64,000 bases of DNA from assembly GCA_028280635.1 (NCBI GenBank), contig JANQLM010000012.1, positions 8,799-72,798 on the forward strand, written 5' to 3'. Source of the DNA: Halieaceae bacterium. Lineage in GTDB: Bacteria > Pseudomonadota > Gammaproteobacteria > Pseudomonadales > Halieaceae. The position numbers and the translations under genes were made by a program. Position 1 is the first letter of the stretch. Every line of letters begins with the position of its first letter. Positions 34,518 to 44,149 of this stretch are shown here, one piece after another. Below the pieces are notes generated by a model that saw only the letters and a program-made list of their open reading frames with translations, was not told the DNA's origin and ran no database searches.

Positions 34518-36054
34518 TGGCCGCTCCGTCGCCGCTGTCCACGCGATAGGCTTCACCCAGCGCGCGCTCCAGATAGGCGTCGTGGGGGATAAGCGTGCCG
34601 CGGGCGCGCTGCAGGGCGTCGCTAACCTGGGCAGGCACCCGGGTGTCGGGGGCGCGGCCTCCGGCCTCGTCAACCCGCTCGCGCAGGAAATCCATGCCGT
34701 ACATCACGTACTCGTAGGTGTGATGAGAAAATAGCTGGATGGTGTCGTGAAAATCCGAGAACGACGGCGACTTGTAGCGCCACATTTCCAGCCGCTCTCG
34801 CAGGCGTTCGGGGATGCGCTCGGGCTTCTGCACTTCCTGCCAGAAGGCGGTGTCGTTGCGCCGCGTCAGGCAGTAGTGCAACACGATAAAGTCGAGGATT
34901 TCCTCGTAGCGATCCACGATGATCTTGTTGTAGGCCTTTGCCAGCCCACCCATGTCACGGGTGAAGGGGAAGTACTCACACAGAGTGGCCACCGACAGTT
35001 CCACCAGGAATAGGCCGGTGGACTCCAGTGGCTCGATAAACCCGGAGGACAGGCCGATAGAGACGCAGTTGCGATGCCAGGGTTCCGCCCGGCGCCCAAC
35101 CCGGAACTTCAGCCGGCGGGCCGGCAGATCTGCGGTGTGAGGGCCTTCGAAGGCGCGCAGTTCGGCTTCCGCCGCATCGTCGTCCAGGAAACGGCTGGAG
35201 TAGACGTAGCCGGTGCCGCGCCGGGTGGCAAGGGCGATATCCCAGACCCAGCCGTTGGACAACGCGGTGGCCACCGTATAAGGGCGGCGGGCGCCGGGGT
35301 AGTAGGTGTCGTAGGGCACCCGCATGGCCACGGCGGAGTCGCACAGCAGCCACTGGGAGTAATCGACAAAGCCAACCTTGAGCGACTTTTCTATCAGCAG
35401 TGACAGGAAGCCGGTGCAGTCGATAAACAGGTCGGCCTCGATGCGCTGGCCGTCCCTGGTTACCACGCCGGAAATGTCGCCGTTGTTGTGGTGCTCCACT
35501 TCCGTGACAAAGCCCTGCAGGTGCTTCACGCCTCGAGAGGTGGCGACTTCCAGCAGGGTGTCGGCGAGCTTCTCGGCATCGACATGGTAGGCATAGGACA
35601 ACGGCCCCTGGTAGTCCGGGTGCTCGGGAATCTTGGGGGCTACGCCGTCGTCGCACAGATCCGGCTGGATCGAGACGGTGGAAGCGAAGGGGGTGGAGCG
35701 ATTGCTGGCCAGCCAGCTCAGCCCCGCCCGGTCCATGCGGCCGGCCGGGCGGCGGTCAAAGGGGTGGTAGTAGTGACTGCCTTTCTCCAGCCAGTCCACG
35801 AACCTGATGGCCTGCTTGAAGCTGCCATCAGCAGCCGCCATGAAGCGTTTCTCGTCGATGCCGATAGTGCGCATCGTGTCGCGCAGGCTCGGCACGGTGG
35901 CCTCCCCAACCCCGATGCGGCCCACGTCCGGCGATTCGATCAGGGTGATGTCCACGGCGCGGCGGTTGGGAGCGTTCAATACCGCATCCATGTAGGCGGC
36001 GGTAATCCAGCCGGCGGAGCCGCCGCCGACAATCAGTACGCGTTTCATTGCCAT
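34504..36054 (-). CDS. Tryptophan-halogenase-family flavoprotein, paralog 2
   Basis: 516 aa with MAMKRVLIVGGGSAGW, GVGEATVP, FKQAIRF, GWVWDIAL and FIEPLESTG. By eye it is roughly 60% identical to paralog 1. Confidence 0.85.
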   Translation of the reverse strand: MAMKRVLIVGGGSAGWITAAYMDAVLNAPNRRAVDITLIESPDVGRIGVGEATVPSLRDTMRTIGIDEKRFMAAADGSFKQAIRFVDWLEKGSHYYHPFDRRPAGRMDRAGLSWLASNRSTPFASTVSIQPDLCDDGVAPKIPEHPDYQGPLSYAYHVDAEKLADTLLEVATSRGVKHLQGFVTEVEHHNNGDISGVVTRDGQRIEADLFIDCTGFLSLLIEKSLKVGFVDYSQWLLCDSAVAMRVPYDTYYPGARRPYTVATALSNGWVWDIALATRRGTGYVYSSRFLDDDAAEAELRAFEGPHTADLPARRLKFRVGRRAEPWHRNCVSIGLSSGFIEPLESTGLFLVELSVATLCEYFPFTRDMGGLAKAYNKIIVDRYEEILDFIVLHYCLTRRNDTAFWQEVQKPERIPERLRERLEMWRYKSPSFSDFHDTIQLFSHHTYEYVMYGMDFLRERVDEAGGRAPDTRVPAQVSDALQRARGTLIPHDAYLERALGEAYRVDSGDGAASVRA

Positions 36055-36135
36055 CGCGATACCTCGTTTTTATTGGTTTGAGTCTAGCATGGGCGATTGC
36101 GGCCTCGGCCTGCCTGTGGAGCTGCTGTAGCAGGC

Positions 36136-36197
36136 AAAAAAAAAGCGCCCGGGTTTGCACCCGAGCGCCAGTCACAGGCGGGGCCTGTCGGCCCCGC
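36136..36197 (-). terminator. Two tandem hairpins after the TonB-dependent receptor; the second is a strong intrinsic terminator
   Basis: On the minus strand, GCGGGGCC-GACA-GGCCCCGC (36197-36178) is followed by GCGCTCGGG-TGCAAA-CCCGGGCGC (36168-36145). A run of nine T follows (36144-36136). Confidence 0.8.
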
Positions 36198-36238
36198 ACC
36201 CCCGCTTTCTTACTCAGGTTTCACTGGGTAAGACATGC

Positions 36239-39055
36239 TTAGAAGTTGGCCCGGAAACGCACGCCGTACTGGCGTGGTGCATTCAGGTAACGAATGTTCA
36301 CCGAGCTGTTGATAAAGCCCTTGGTGGAAAAGGCCTCGTCGTCGATGTTCTCGACCCAGGCTGACAGCCGGAAGCGGTCATCCTCGCCAAAGTTCAGGCC
36401 CACGTTGGCGTTGAAGATCCAGAAGCTGTCCACCTCGTCGTAGAAGAAGCGTGAGTTGGCAGCGCCGCCGACGTTCGACAGGGCATCATTGTTGTTGGGG
36501 GGCGGCATGTCAGCCAGCGGAATCTGCTGGGTGTTGCCGTTCGCGTCCAGGGCATAACCCTTGTTGTTGTAGGCGGTCAGGAAATACTCGCTGCGATACA
36601 CGGCGTTGATCGTCCAGTCGAAGCTGTTGAACTCGTTCCAGTTCAGGTCGATAACCTGGGACAGGCGCAGGTTCACGTTCCACTCGGAGACATTGGGCAG
36701 CTCGTTGCCGTCCACGCTGACCACCGGGTTGTCGTTCTGGCGGGCGTCGACGATAGCGGAATCATCAAATTCGCTATCCAGCCACAGCAGCGAGCCGTTG
36801 AAGTTCAGGCCCCAGGGCAGGTCGACATTACCCTCGACTTCGAAGCCGAAGATTTCCGCATCCGCCACGTTGTCAGTCAGCACGTTCTGGGTCTTGCCGT
36901 CCGGGTTCTCCGGCGTCGGGTTCGGAACATCGACCAGCACCTGGGCGACGTAGTCGGAGTAGTCGTAGTAGAACAGCGCGCCGTTCAGGCGCACCGCCCG
37001 GTCGTTCCAGAAGAACGTGTTCTTGGCGCCGACCTCGTAAACGATCAGTTCCTCGGTATCCCAGATCACGTCTGCCTGGCGGTCTTCGCTAAGAATCAGC
37101 GGCCGGTTAATACCGCCGGAGCGGGTTCCGGTGGAGACCGAGCCGTAGAACATGGTCTGCAGGTCCGAGCTGTAGCCACTGTCGAAGTCGTATTCGAAGC
37201 CCAGTCGCCAGTCGATATAGTCATCCTCGACCACGTTGGTGGCGCGTATGGTGCCGCGGGTGCCGTTGGGGTCAAACTGCGAAGTCACTATTACCTGGCA
37301 GTCGATACCCTCTCGGCAGTTGTCCAGGGTGCGGCCCCAGTTGTCGCCGAGACCGTAGCTGGCGATACCGTCCTGGAACAGCGCCTTGCCGCCCTCGCCC
37401 GTGGCAAAGTCATTGATGCTGCGATCACCCGGCTCTTTCAGGCGGAAGCCCTGTTCGCCGATGATCAGGTCGCTGGGCTCGTTGATGCCCGGCTGGGCGA
37501 AGAAGAAGTCCGAGCTCCAGTTGAACTGGTACTGGGCGTTGGAATCTTTCTGGGTTTTTTCTTCGTCGGTGTAGCGAATGCCACCGAAAACCCGCAGGTT
37601 GTCGGTGATATCGAAGGTGCCGTCGGCGTAGAAAGCGTAGGACTCAACTTCGGACTCATCACCGCGGTTCTCACCGCCGAGGCCGTTCTGCCAGCAGCTG
37701 ATGGTGCCGCCGTCCCAGGGTACGTCGCCGATAAAGTCGGTGCTGTCACCGCAGAAGCCGTTACCCACGTCCCAGGAGAAGTACTCGAAATCTTCCTGGA
37801 AGTAGAAGGCGCCAGCGGTCCAGCTCAGGCGTCCGCCGCCGGTTGAGAAGGCACGGATTTCATGGGTCTGTGATTCCGAATGATCGCCCTGGTAGAAGGT
37901 GTCGTTGACCAGCAGGTTGCGCTGGGGATTCTCGCCGGAAGCGATGAAGTCTGCTTCCGCCTCGGAGCCCGGGTACACCATGCCCAGCTGCCACTCACGG
38001 GAGGCGTTCTGGTTGTAAGCTTCCAGATTGTTGTAGGAGCCGTTGTATTCAAAACCGGTGCCGCCCAGCAGGTCGGTATCCCAGGTCAGCTGCAGCAGCG
38101 CGGTGTCCACATCCTGCTCGAAGTTGCCCTCGGTGCGGAAATACTGCTCCCAGGGGTCGTCCAGGTCTTCCACCGTCTCGCCGGCGGAGAAAGAGCGGCC
38201 GGAGAAGGCGCCGGGGTCACCGGTGCTGCGCACCTCTGCCTTGAAGTACTGGAAGTTGGCGGTGAGGCGGTCGCTGATATCCCAGGCCAGGCTGATGCGA
38301 TAGGCGCTGTCGTCCTGGGCGCTTGGGGTGTCGAAGTTGTTGTCGCTGATATCGAAGGCGTTTTCGTAGAGGCCGTCATGCTTGCGGGCCCAGCCTGCCA
38401 GGCGCACCGCGAACGTGTCGGTGATCGGCACGTTGACCACACCTTCCAGTTCCTGGTTGTCGAAGTTACCGATACCACCCTGCACGTAGCCGCCCAGCTC
38501 GTCCATGTTCGGCTTGTTGGAGATGATGTTGATTGTGCCGCCAGTGGCGTTCCGACCGCGCAGGGTGCCCTGGGGCCCCTTGTTGACTTCTACCCGCTGG
38601 CTGTCAAAGAACAGCGGGCCAATGCCCCGGGGCCGCGGCAGGTAAACGCCGTTGTAGTGCACTGCAATAGATGGGTCGGAAGAGAAGTCAGAGTCGGAGG
38701 AGCCGATACCGCGCAGGAAGATTTCCAGCTTGCCCTCCTGCTTGGCGATCTGCAGGCCGGGTACGCCGTACTGCAGGTTGGAGAATTCGCTGCCGATGCC
38801 GATGCGCTCCAGGTCTTCAGAGGAGAAGCTCTGCACCGTGCCGGCCACGTCCTGGAGGTTTTCCTCGATGCGGTTCACCGTCACGATCACTTCTTCGATC
38901 ATGCGGCCTTCCGTGCCGTCGCCCTGGGCAAAGGCCGCGGGACTTAGTGCCGACGCTACGGCAGTTGCCAGCAGGCTTTGCCTGATGCCGTGAGAGATCG
39001 GATTTTTGCAGTCGGAATTACTGGACCCCGAACGGGCCTTGCGGGTGCGGTTCAT
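36239..39055 (-). CDS. TonB-dependent outer-membrane receptor
   Basis: Signal peptide ending AAFAQ, plug region EEVIVTVNRIEENLQDVAGTVQSFSSEDLERIGI, a long beta-barrel, and a terminal aromatic (RFRANF). The ATG at 39055 has AGGGGA 6 nt upstream and is preferred over the listed 39136. A possible promoter is TTGCAG (39126-39121), an 18-nt spacer, then TACAAT (39102-39097). Confidence 0.9.
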   Translation of the reverse strand: MNRTRKARSGSSNSDCKNPISHGIRQSLLATAVASALSPAAFAQGDGTEGRMIEEVIVTVNRIEENLQDVAGTVQSFSSEDLERIGIGSEFSNLQYGVPGLQIAKQEGKLEIFLRGIGSSDSDFSSDPSIAVHYNGVYLPRPRGIGPLFFDSQRVEVNKGPQGTLRGRNATGGTINIISNKPNMDELGGYVQGGIGNFDNQELEGVVNVPITDTFAVRLAGWARKHDGLYENAFDISDNNFDTPSAQDDSAYRISLAWDISDRLTANFQYFKAEVRSTGDPGAFSGRSFSAGETVEDLDDPWEQYFRTEGNFEQDVDTALLQLTWDTDLLGGTGFEYNGSYNNLEAYNQNASREWQLGMVYPGSEAEADFIASGENPQRNLLVNDTFYQGDHSESQTHEIRAFSTGGGRLSWTAGAFYFQEDFEYFSWDVGNGFCGDSTDFIGDVPWDGGTISCWQNGLGGENRGDESEVESYAFYADGTFDITDNLRVFGGIRYTDEEKTQKDSNAQYQFNWSSDFFFAQPGINEPSDLIIGEQGFRLKEPGDRSINDFATGEGGKALFQDGIASYGLGDNWGRTLDNCREGIDCQVIVTSQFDPNGTRGTIRATNVVEDDYIDWRLGFEYDFDSGYSSDLQTMFYGSVSTGTRSGGINRPLILSEDRQADVIWDTEELIVYEVGAKNTFFWNDRAVRLNGALFYYDYSDYVAQVLVDVPNPTPENPDGKTQNVLTDNVADAEIFGFEVEGNVDLPWGLNFNGSLLWLDSEFDDSAIVDARQNDNPVVSVDGNELPNVSEWNVNLRLSQVIDLNWNEFNSFDWTINAVYRSEYFLTAYNNKGYALDANGNTQQIPLADMPPPNNNDALSNVGGAANSRFFYDEVDSFWIFNANVGLNFGEDDRFRLSAWVENIDDEAFSTKGFINSSVNIRYLNAPRQYGVRFRANF

Positions 39056-39131
39056 GGTTATCCCCTCAATTTTATGGGTGTTATAGGTATGCGAGGATTG
39101 TAGATAGGCTCCTGAAATCCCTGCAACGGAC

Positions 39132-39164
39132 TGCATACGTATTCAGTCAACGCATACGAATTCA
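39132..39164. promoter_or_regulatory. Two adjacent copies of the sugar-locus palindrome (TGCATACGTATTCA and CGCATACGAATTCA)
   Basis: 39132-39145 is the exact reverse complement of 19061-19074. 39151-39164 is a degenerate second copy. They lie between the divergent TonB receptor and the SLC45-like transporter genes. Confidence 0.45.
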
Positions 39165-39195
39165 CTGTTGTCGTTCAAGTCTCCCGCTGCCTAAG

Positions 39196-40593
39196 ATGCC
39201 CTGCACAATAACCACAAGAAAACGCCAAGTGGCTGACGACCCATCAGTTTCTCGCCCTTGCAGGCGCCCGCGCCTGGGCTTTGGTCAAATCTGGAACATG
39301 TGCTTCGGCTTCCTCGGTATCCAGATGGGCTTCGCCCTGCAGAACGCCAACGTCAGCCGCATCTTCCAGACCCTGGGGGCGGACATTGCCGATATCCCCA
39401 TCCTGTGGATTGCGGCACCGGCCACCGGGCTGCTGGTGCAGCCGCTGGTGGGCTACTACAGTGACCGCACCTGGAATCGGCTGGGCCGGCGGCGGCCTTA
39501 TTTCCTGTTCGGCGCCATTGCCACCACGGTGGCACTCATTGTCATGCCCCACTCACCGGTGCTGTGGTTCGCGGCCGGCATGCTGTGGATCATGGATGCC
39601 TCGATCAACGTGTCCATGGAGCCGTTCCGCGCCTTTGTCGGCGATATGCTGCCCGAAGAACAGCGCGCCCTGGGCTTTGCCACCCAGAGCTTCTTTATCG
39701 GCACCGGCGCGGTGGTGGCTTCAGCGCTGCCCTGGATACTGGTGAACTGGTTTGATGTCAGCAACAGCGCGCCGGCCGGGGAAATTCCCGACAGCGTTCG
39801 CTATGCCTTCTATGTAGGAGGCGTCGCCCTGTTCACAGCCGTGCTGTGGACGGTGGTCAGCACCCGGGAGTACACCCCGGAGCAGTTGGCGTCCTTCGAG
39901 GGCCATGCGCCCGGGGGAGGTTCTAAACGGCCCATGCTGGCGGAACTGGCCAGTGACTTCGTGCACATGCCACCTACCATGCGTCAGCTGGCGGTTGTGC
40001 AGTTCTTTTCCTGGTTTGCCCTGTTTGCCATGTGGATCTACTCCACCGCCGCCATCACCGCACGCCATTTCGACACCAGTGATACCAGTTCCGCGGCCTG
40101 GAACGAGGGGGCCAACTGGGTGGGTGTGTTGTTCGCCGCCTACAATGGGTTCGCGGCCCTGTTTGCCTTCTGCCTGCCTCCGCTGGCGGCGCGCCTCGGG
40201 CGACGTGGCGCCCACGCCCTGTGTCTGCTGCTCGGTGCTGTCGGCTTCGCCTCCGTGTTACTAGTACGCGATCCCCAGTGGTTGCTGCTGTCCATGGTGG
40301 GGGTGGGCATTGCCTGGGCCTCGATTCTCGCGATGCCCTACGCCATCCTGTCGGTGGCCCTGCCGGCGGCGAAGATGGGAGTGTATATGGGCATCTTCAA
40401 TTTCTTTATCGTACTGCCACAACTGCTGGCGGCCGGCCTGTTGGGTTGGCTGCTCACCCGCCTCTTCGATGGCCGCGCCGATGCCGCCTTTGCGATCGGC
40501 GCCGGCAGCCTGGTGCTGGCGGCACTGTCGTTGCACTGGGTTTGTGATCCGGCCGAACAGGCCCGACCTGCATCGCTCGCGGAGGTCAACTGA
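39196..40593 (+). CDS. SLC45/GPH-like MFS transporter (oligosaccharide:H+ symporter type), copy 1
   Basis: Contains FGQIWNMCFGFLGIQMGFALQNANVSRIFQTLGA and YYSDRTWNRLGRRRPYF, typical of bacterial SLC45-like sucrose/maltose-type carriers. The start is uncertain (no clear Shine-Dalgarno; GTG at 39229 is possible). Confidence 0.8.
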   Translation: MPCTITTRKRQVADDPSVSRPCRRPRLGFGQIWNMCFGFLGIQMGFALQNANVSRIFQTLGADIADIPILWIAAPATGLLVQPLVGYYSDRTWNRLGRRRPYFLFGAIATTVALIVMPHSPVLWFAAGMLWIMDASINVSMEPFRAFVGDMLPEEQRALGFATQSFFIGTGAVVASALPWILVNWFDVSNSAPAGEIPDSVRYAFYVGGVALFTAVLWTVVSTREYTPEQLASFEGHAPGGGSKRPMLAELASDFVHMPPTMRQLAVVQFFSWFALFAMWIYSTAAITARHFDTSDTSSAAWNEGANWVGVLFAAYNGFAALFAFCLPPLAARLGRRGAHALCLLLGAVGFASVLLVRDPQWLLLSMVGVGIAWASILAMPYAILSVALPAAKMGVYMGIFNFFIVLPQLLAAGLLGWLLTRLFDGRADAAFAIGAGSLVLAALSLHWVCDPAEQARPASLAEVN

Positions 40594-42032
40594 TGCTGCC
40601 CATCCAGCGCGACCTCAGGCGTTCCTTCTACATCCTCCTGAGCCTGCCGGCCACCGCCATGGGCTTCGCCCTGTCGGTGCAGATATCAGCGCTGAGCTGG
40701 ATCCTCACCACCCAGTACGGCCTCGATATCCACGACGTTGGATTGGTGTGGGCAGCGGGCCCCATCGCCGGCATTCTCGGCCAGGTCATCATCGGTGTGG
40801 TCAGCGACAGGACCTGGTTCTGGGGTGGCCGGCGCCGGCCTTATATCCTCATTGGGGGGGTACTGGCCAGCCTGATGCTGCTGGCATTACCCAGCATAGA
40901 CGTGATCTCCAGCGGGCTCGGACTGGAGGGCATTCTCGGCGTCGCCCTGATCGTGGCCCTCACCCTGGACCTCGCCATCAATGTCAGTTTCAACCCCACG
41001 CGCTCGATCATCGCTGACGTGACACCCGAAGGGATCGCGCGCACCCGCGGTTATACCTGGATGCAGACCATCTCCGGCAGCTTCGGTGTGCTGGCCTACG
41101 CCATTGGTGCGGTCTGGAACAACTACGTGCTCATCTATGCCGGCGTGGTGTTGGTACTGCTGTTCTCCATCCTGCCGCCCCTGTTCGTGCGGGAGCCCGA
41201 GGAACTGGGCGAGTCAGAGGAAGCCCAGGCGGATGGCGGCTGGCGCGAAATCCTTCTGAGTATCCGGCCCCTGTGGGGTTTCCTGGTCTACGACTTCTAT
41301 GCCCTGACCCTGCGGCTTGCCCATATTGAGGTCGACAATTACTACGCCGAGATCGCCTGCCTGCTGCTCACCGCCTGGCTGGTGGGTTCCACGCTATTGC
41401 AGAAGGAGTCCAGTGACGGTGCCACCGACCGCATCGGTTTCCAGAAGGTGCTGGCCGCCCACTCCTTCAGTTGGGTGGGGGTGCAAACCATGTTTATCTA
41501 CACGCTGGCCTACGTACAGCAGAAGATGCCCGACTTGAGTGATGTCGACGCCGGCCGGGTCATCTCCATCAGCTTCCTGGTCCTGAACGCGGTGGCGGCC
41601 ATCCTGCCGGCCTTCGTGCTGGAGCCGATTACCGAGCGCATCGGCCGCGTGCGCACTCACATGTGCTGTGTTGCCATCATGGCCTTTGGCTATCTGGGGA
41701 TCACCCTGTTTGGCCACAGTGCTGTATCGCTGTACCTGTTGATGGCGTTGTGTGGCGTGGGTTGGGCGGCCATCGTCAGCCTGCCCTTTGCCATCATGTC
41801 CCAGAAGGTCGAGCAAACGCGCATGGGGCTGTACATGGGCCTGTTCAATCTCTCGGTGGTGTTGCCCCAGTTGTTGGCCAGCCTGGCGGTGGGCCTGGCA
41901 GTCAGTCGCGCGGAGGACAAGAGCCTGATTTTCACTATCTGCGCGGTGAGCCTGGCGGTATCGGCCGTGGCCTGGAGCCTGGTAAAAGAGGGTGAGGGCA
42001 CGACCCGCGTCACACCCGGCGGCGCTCACTGA
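40593..42032 (+). CDS. SLC45/GPH-like MFS transporter, divergent copy 2
   Basis: 479 aa with VSDRTWFWGGRRRPYILIG and a 12-TM pattern. The ATG overlaps the upstream stop (TGATG). Confidence 0.75.
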   Translation: MLPIQRDLRRSFYILLSLPATAMGFALSVQISALSWILTTQYGLDIHDVGLVWAAGPIAGILGQVIIGVVSDRTWFWGGRRRPYILIGGVLASLMLLALPSIDVISSGLGLEGILGVALIVALTLDLAINVSFNPTRSIIADVTPEGIARTRGYTWMQTISGSFGVLAYAIGAVWNNYVLIYAGVVLVLLFSILPPLFVREPEELGESEEAQADGGWREILLSIRPLWGFLVYDFYALTLRLAHIEVDNYYAEIACLLLTAWLVGSTLLQKESSDGATDRIGFQKVLAAHSFSWVGVQTMFIYTLAYVQQKMPDLSDVDAGRVISISFLVLNAVAAILPAFVLEPITERIGRVRTHMCCVAIMAFGYLGITLFGHSAVSLYLLMALCGVGWAAIVSLPFAIMSQKVEQTRMGLYMGLFNLSVVLPQLLASLAVGLAVSRAEDKSLIFTICAVSLAVSAVAWSLVKEGEGTTRVTPGGAH

Positions 42033-42098
42033 CCCGGGCGGTTCCATTGACGCGGTTTTTCTCTAGAATGGAGTCATAACCATAACGGGAGTGAGCCC

Positions 42099-42440
42099 AT
42101 GCGCCGGATTGTTTCCATTGTCCTGCTGTCCACCGCCGCCGTTTTGAGCGGCTGCGCCAGCAATGTCACCGATGGTGACCTGGCATCCTTCTGCCACGGC
42201 TATATCCAGAAGGGACTGGGCGAGTACCCTGTTGACCAGGTGGATCGCAATGCCATGTGGCTGTCCTGGAACGAGGTGGTCCCCGTCACCCTGTTCGAGG
42301 GCAGGATGGACCAACCCAGCTACGAAGAAGGCCGCGCCACCTTTGGCGAGCAGCTTGCGGCCAACAACGTCGGCGCCATGCAGTCCACCATCGACAGCGA
42401 CTGCGACCAGGGTAAAAACCACCTCTGGCGTTGGTGGTAG
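42099..42440 (+). CDS. Small lipoprotein, function unknown
   Basis: 113 aa. Signal peptide with lipobox LSGC (MRRIVSIVLLSTAAVLSGCAS). No recognisable domain. Confidence 0.5.
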   Translation: MRRIVSIVLLSTAAVLSGCASNVTDGDLASFCHGYIQKGLGEYPVDQVDRNAMWLSWNEVVPVTLFEGRMDQPSYEEGRATFGEQLAANNVGAMQSTIDSDCDQGKNHLWRWW

Positions 42441-42530
42441 GTGTATTTGGGGACGGCTTACTTAGTTCTCCTCCGGAGCTTTCCCACGCGGGGGAGCTGC
42501 GGGCATTAAGTAAACCGTTCCCGATTTGTC

Positions 42531-44135
42531 ATGAATCGGCTCGATTTAAGTGATACCGCGGGACGCACCTTCCCGGCCATCCTGCGTCGCCAGGCCCAGG
42601 AGAACGGCGACACGGCGTTCCTCGTCAACGATAGCCAGTCCATTACCTTTGCCGACGCCGAGCAACTCACCGACCATCTGGCCGGGGGGCTGCGGGCACT
42701 CGGCGTAAAAGCCGGCGATCGGGTCGCCCTGTACATGGGCAACTGCCCGGAGTTTGTGCTGCTGACCCTGGCGGCGAACAAGCTGGGCGCGATCTGGGTG
42801 CCTGTCAGCACCGATTACCGCGGTGAGTGGCTACGCGACACCCTGGAGCGCTCCCGTTGCCGGGTGTTGCTGGCCGACCCGGAGCGGGCGGCCCGGTTGG
42901 AAGAACTGGAAGACTTCAAGCAGTACGGCACACCGATTTGCGTGGGCGAGGAGAGCGTACCCGGCTGGCTGCGCTACACCGAGCTCCTGCAGGCGGTGCC
43001 CATAGACGCAGCGGTGCAGCAGGACTACGGCGACACCTCTGCGATTCTCTGGACCTCCGGCACCACCGGCAAGTCCAAGGGCGTGATGCAGAACTACAAT
43101 AGCTGGATTCGCGCCATCGACAAGGGCGCGAGCCCCATGTTCAGCTCTCACGACGGCGACGTGATCTACTGCGCGCTGCCGCTGTTCAATACCGGTGCCT
43201 GGATAACCTCGGTCTATCGCGCATTGCTGGAGGGTATCCCCTGTGTGATCGAGGCGCGGTTCTCGGTCACGGCATTCTGGGAGCGCATCGCCAGGTTCAA
43301 TGCCACCCAGACCTTCCTGATTGGCGCCATGGGTGTGTTTCTGTGGAACCAGCCCGAGGCGGAGGGCGACGAGGAGACGAGCTTGAGCAAGGCCATGATC
43401 GTGCCGTTCCCTCCGGAGCTGCGCGAGCCCTTCGAGCGTCGCTTTGGCCTGAGCATTCTCACCGCCGGGCTGGGAATGAGCGAATGCCAGTTGATTGCCA
43501 ACCAACTGGCGGCCACCGCGGAGCTGCCGGCGCATTCCCTCGGCTACCCCGCGCCGGATATCGATCTGAAGCTCTGTGATGACAGCGGTCGCGAGGTAGC
43601 AGATGGCGAGGCGGGGGAGATGTGCATCAAGCCGCTGGCCCCACACGTACTGTTCAACGGCTATTTCGAGAATCCGGAGGCAACTGCCGCGGCGTTTCGC
43701 GGCGACTATTTCCTCACCGGGGACATGGCCCGCCGTGACCCTGCTACCGGCGCGCTGTACTTTATGGATCGCAAGAAAGACGTGGTGCGCTTTGCCGGGC
43801 GCAATATTTCCAGTCTTGAGGTGGAGAGCGTGGTGCGCCGCCACCCTGTTGTCAGCGACGTGGCGGCCTTTGGCATTCCCAGCGCGGAGATGGCCAGCGA
43901 AGATGAACTGAAGCTGGCGGTGGTGCTGAAAGCCGGCGAGACTCTGCAGGCCGAGCATCTTTGTGGTTTCATTGCCGAGAACGCACCCCACTATTTCGTG
44001 CCGCGTTATCTCGAGTTTGTAGACAGCCTGCCCTACACACCGACCAATAAGGTGCAGAAATTCAAGCTGCGCGAGCGCGGTATCACGCCGGAAACCTGGG
44101 ACCGTGAGGCGGCGGGCTACAAGGTGAAGCGCTAG
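42531..44135 (+). CDS. AMP-binding acyl-CoA synthetase / ligase family protein
   Basis: 534 aa with the ANL-superfamily motifs ILWTSGTTGKSKGV, YFLTGDMARRD and the C-terminal PYTPTNKVQKFKLR. Confidence 0.85.
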   Translation: MNRLDLSDTAGRTFPAILRRQAQENGDTAFLVNDSQSITFADAEQLTDHLAGGLRALGVKAGDRVALYMGNCPEFVLLTLAANKLGAIWVPVSTDYRGEWLRDTLERSRCRVLLADPERAARLEELEDFKQYGTPICVGEESVPGWLRYTELLQAVPIDAAVQQDYGDTSAILWTSGTTGKSKGVMQNYNSWIRAIDKGASPMFSSHDGDVIYCALPLFNTGAWITSVYRALLEGIPCVIEARFSVTAFWERIARFNATQTFLIGAMGVFLWNQPEAEGDEETSLSKAMIVPFPPELREPFERRFGLSILTAGLGMSECQLIANQLAATAELPAHSLGYPAPDIDLKLCDDSGREVADGEAGEMCIKPLAPHVLFNGYFENPEATAAAFRGDYFLTGDMARRDPATGALYFMDRKKDVVRFAGRNISSLEVESVVRRHPVVSDVAAFGIPSAEMASEDELKLAVVLKAGETLQAEHLCGFIAENAPHYFVPRYLEFVDSLPYTPTNKVQKFKLRERGITPETWDREAAGYKVKR

Positions 44136-44149
44136 CCCGTGGCGGCAAC

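Noticed and set aside
32967-36054. Halogenase genes as markers of a halogenated natural-product biosynthetic cluster.
   Set aside because: No NRPS, PKS, tryptophan-modifying, flavin reductase, tailoring or export genes are adjacent. The context is a TonB receptor and sugar transporters. I report it as a function-unknown locus instead.
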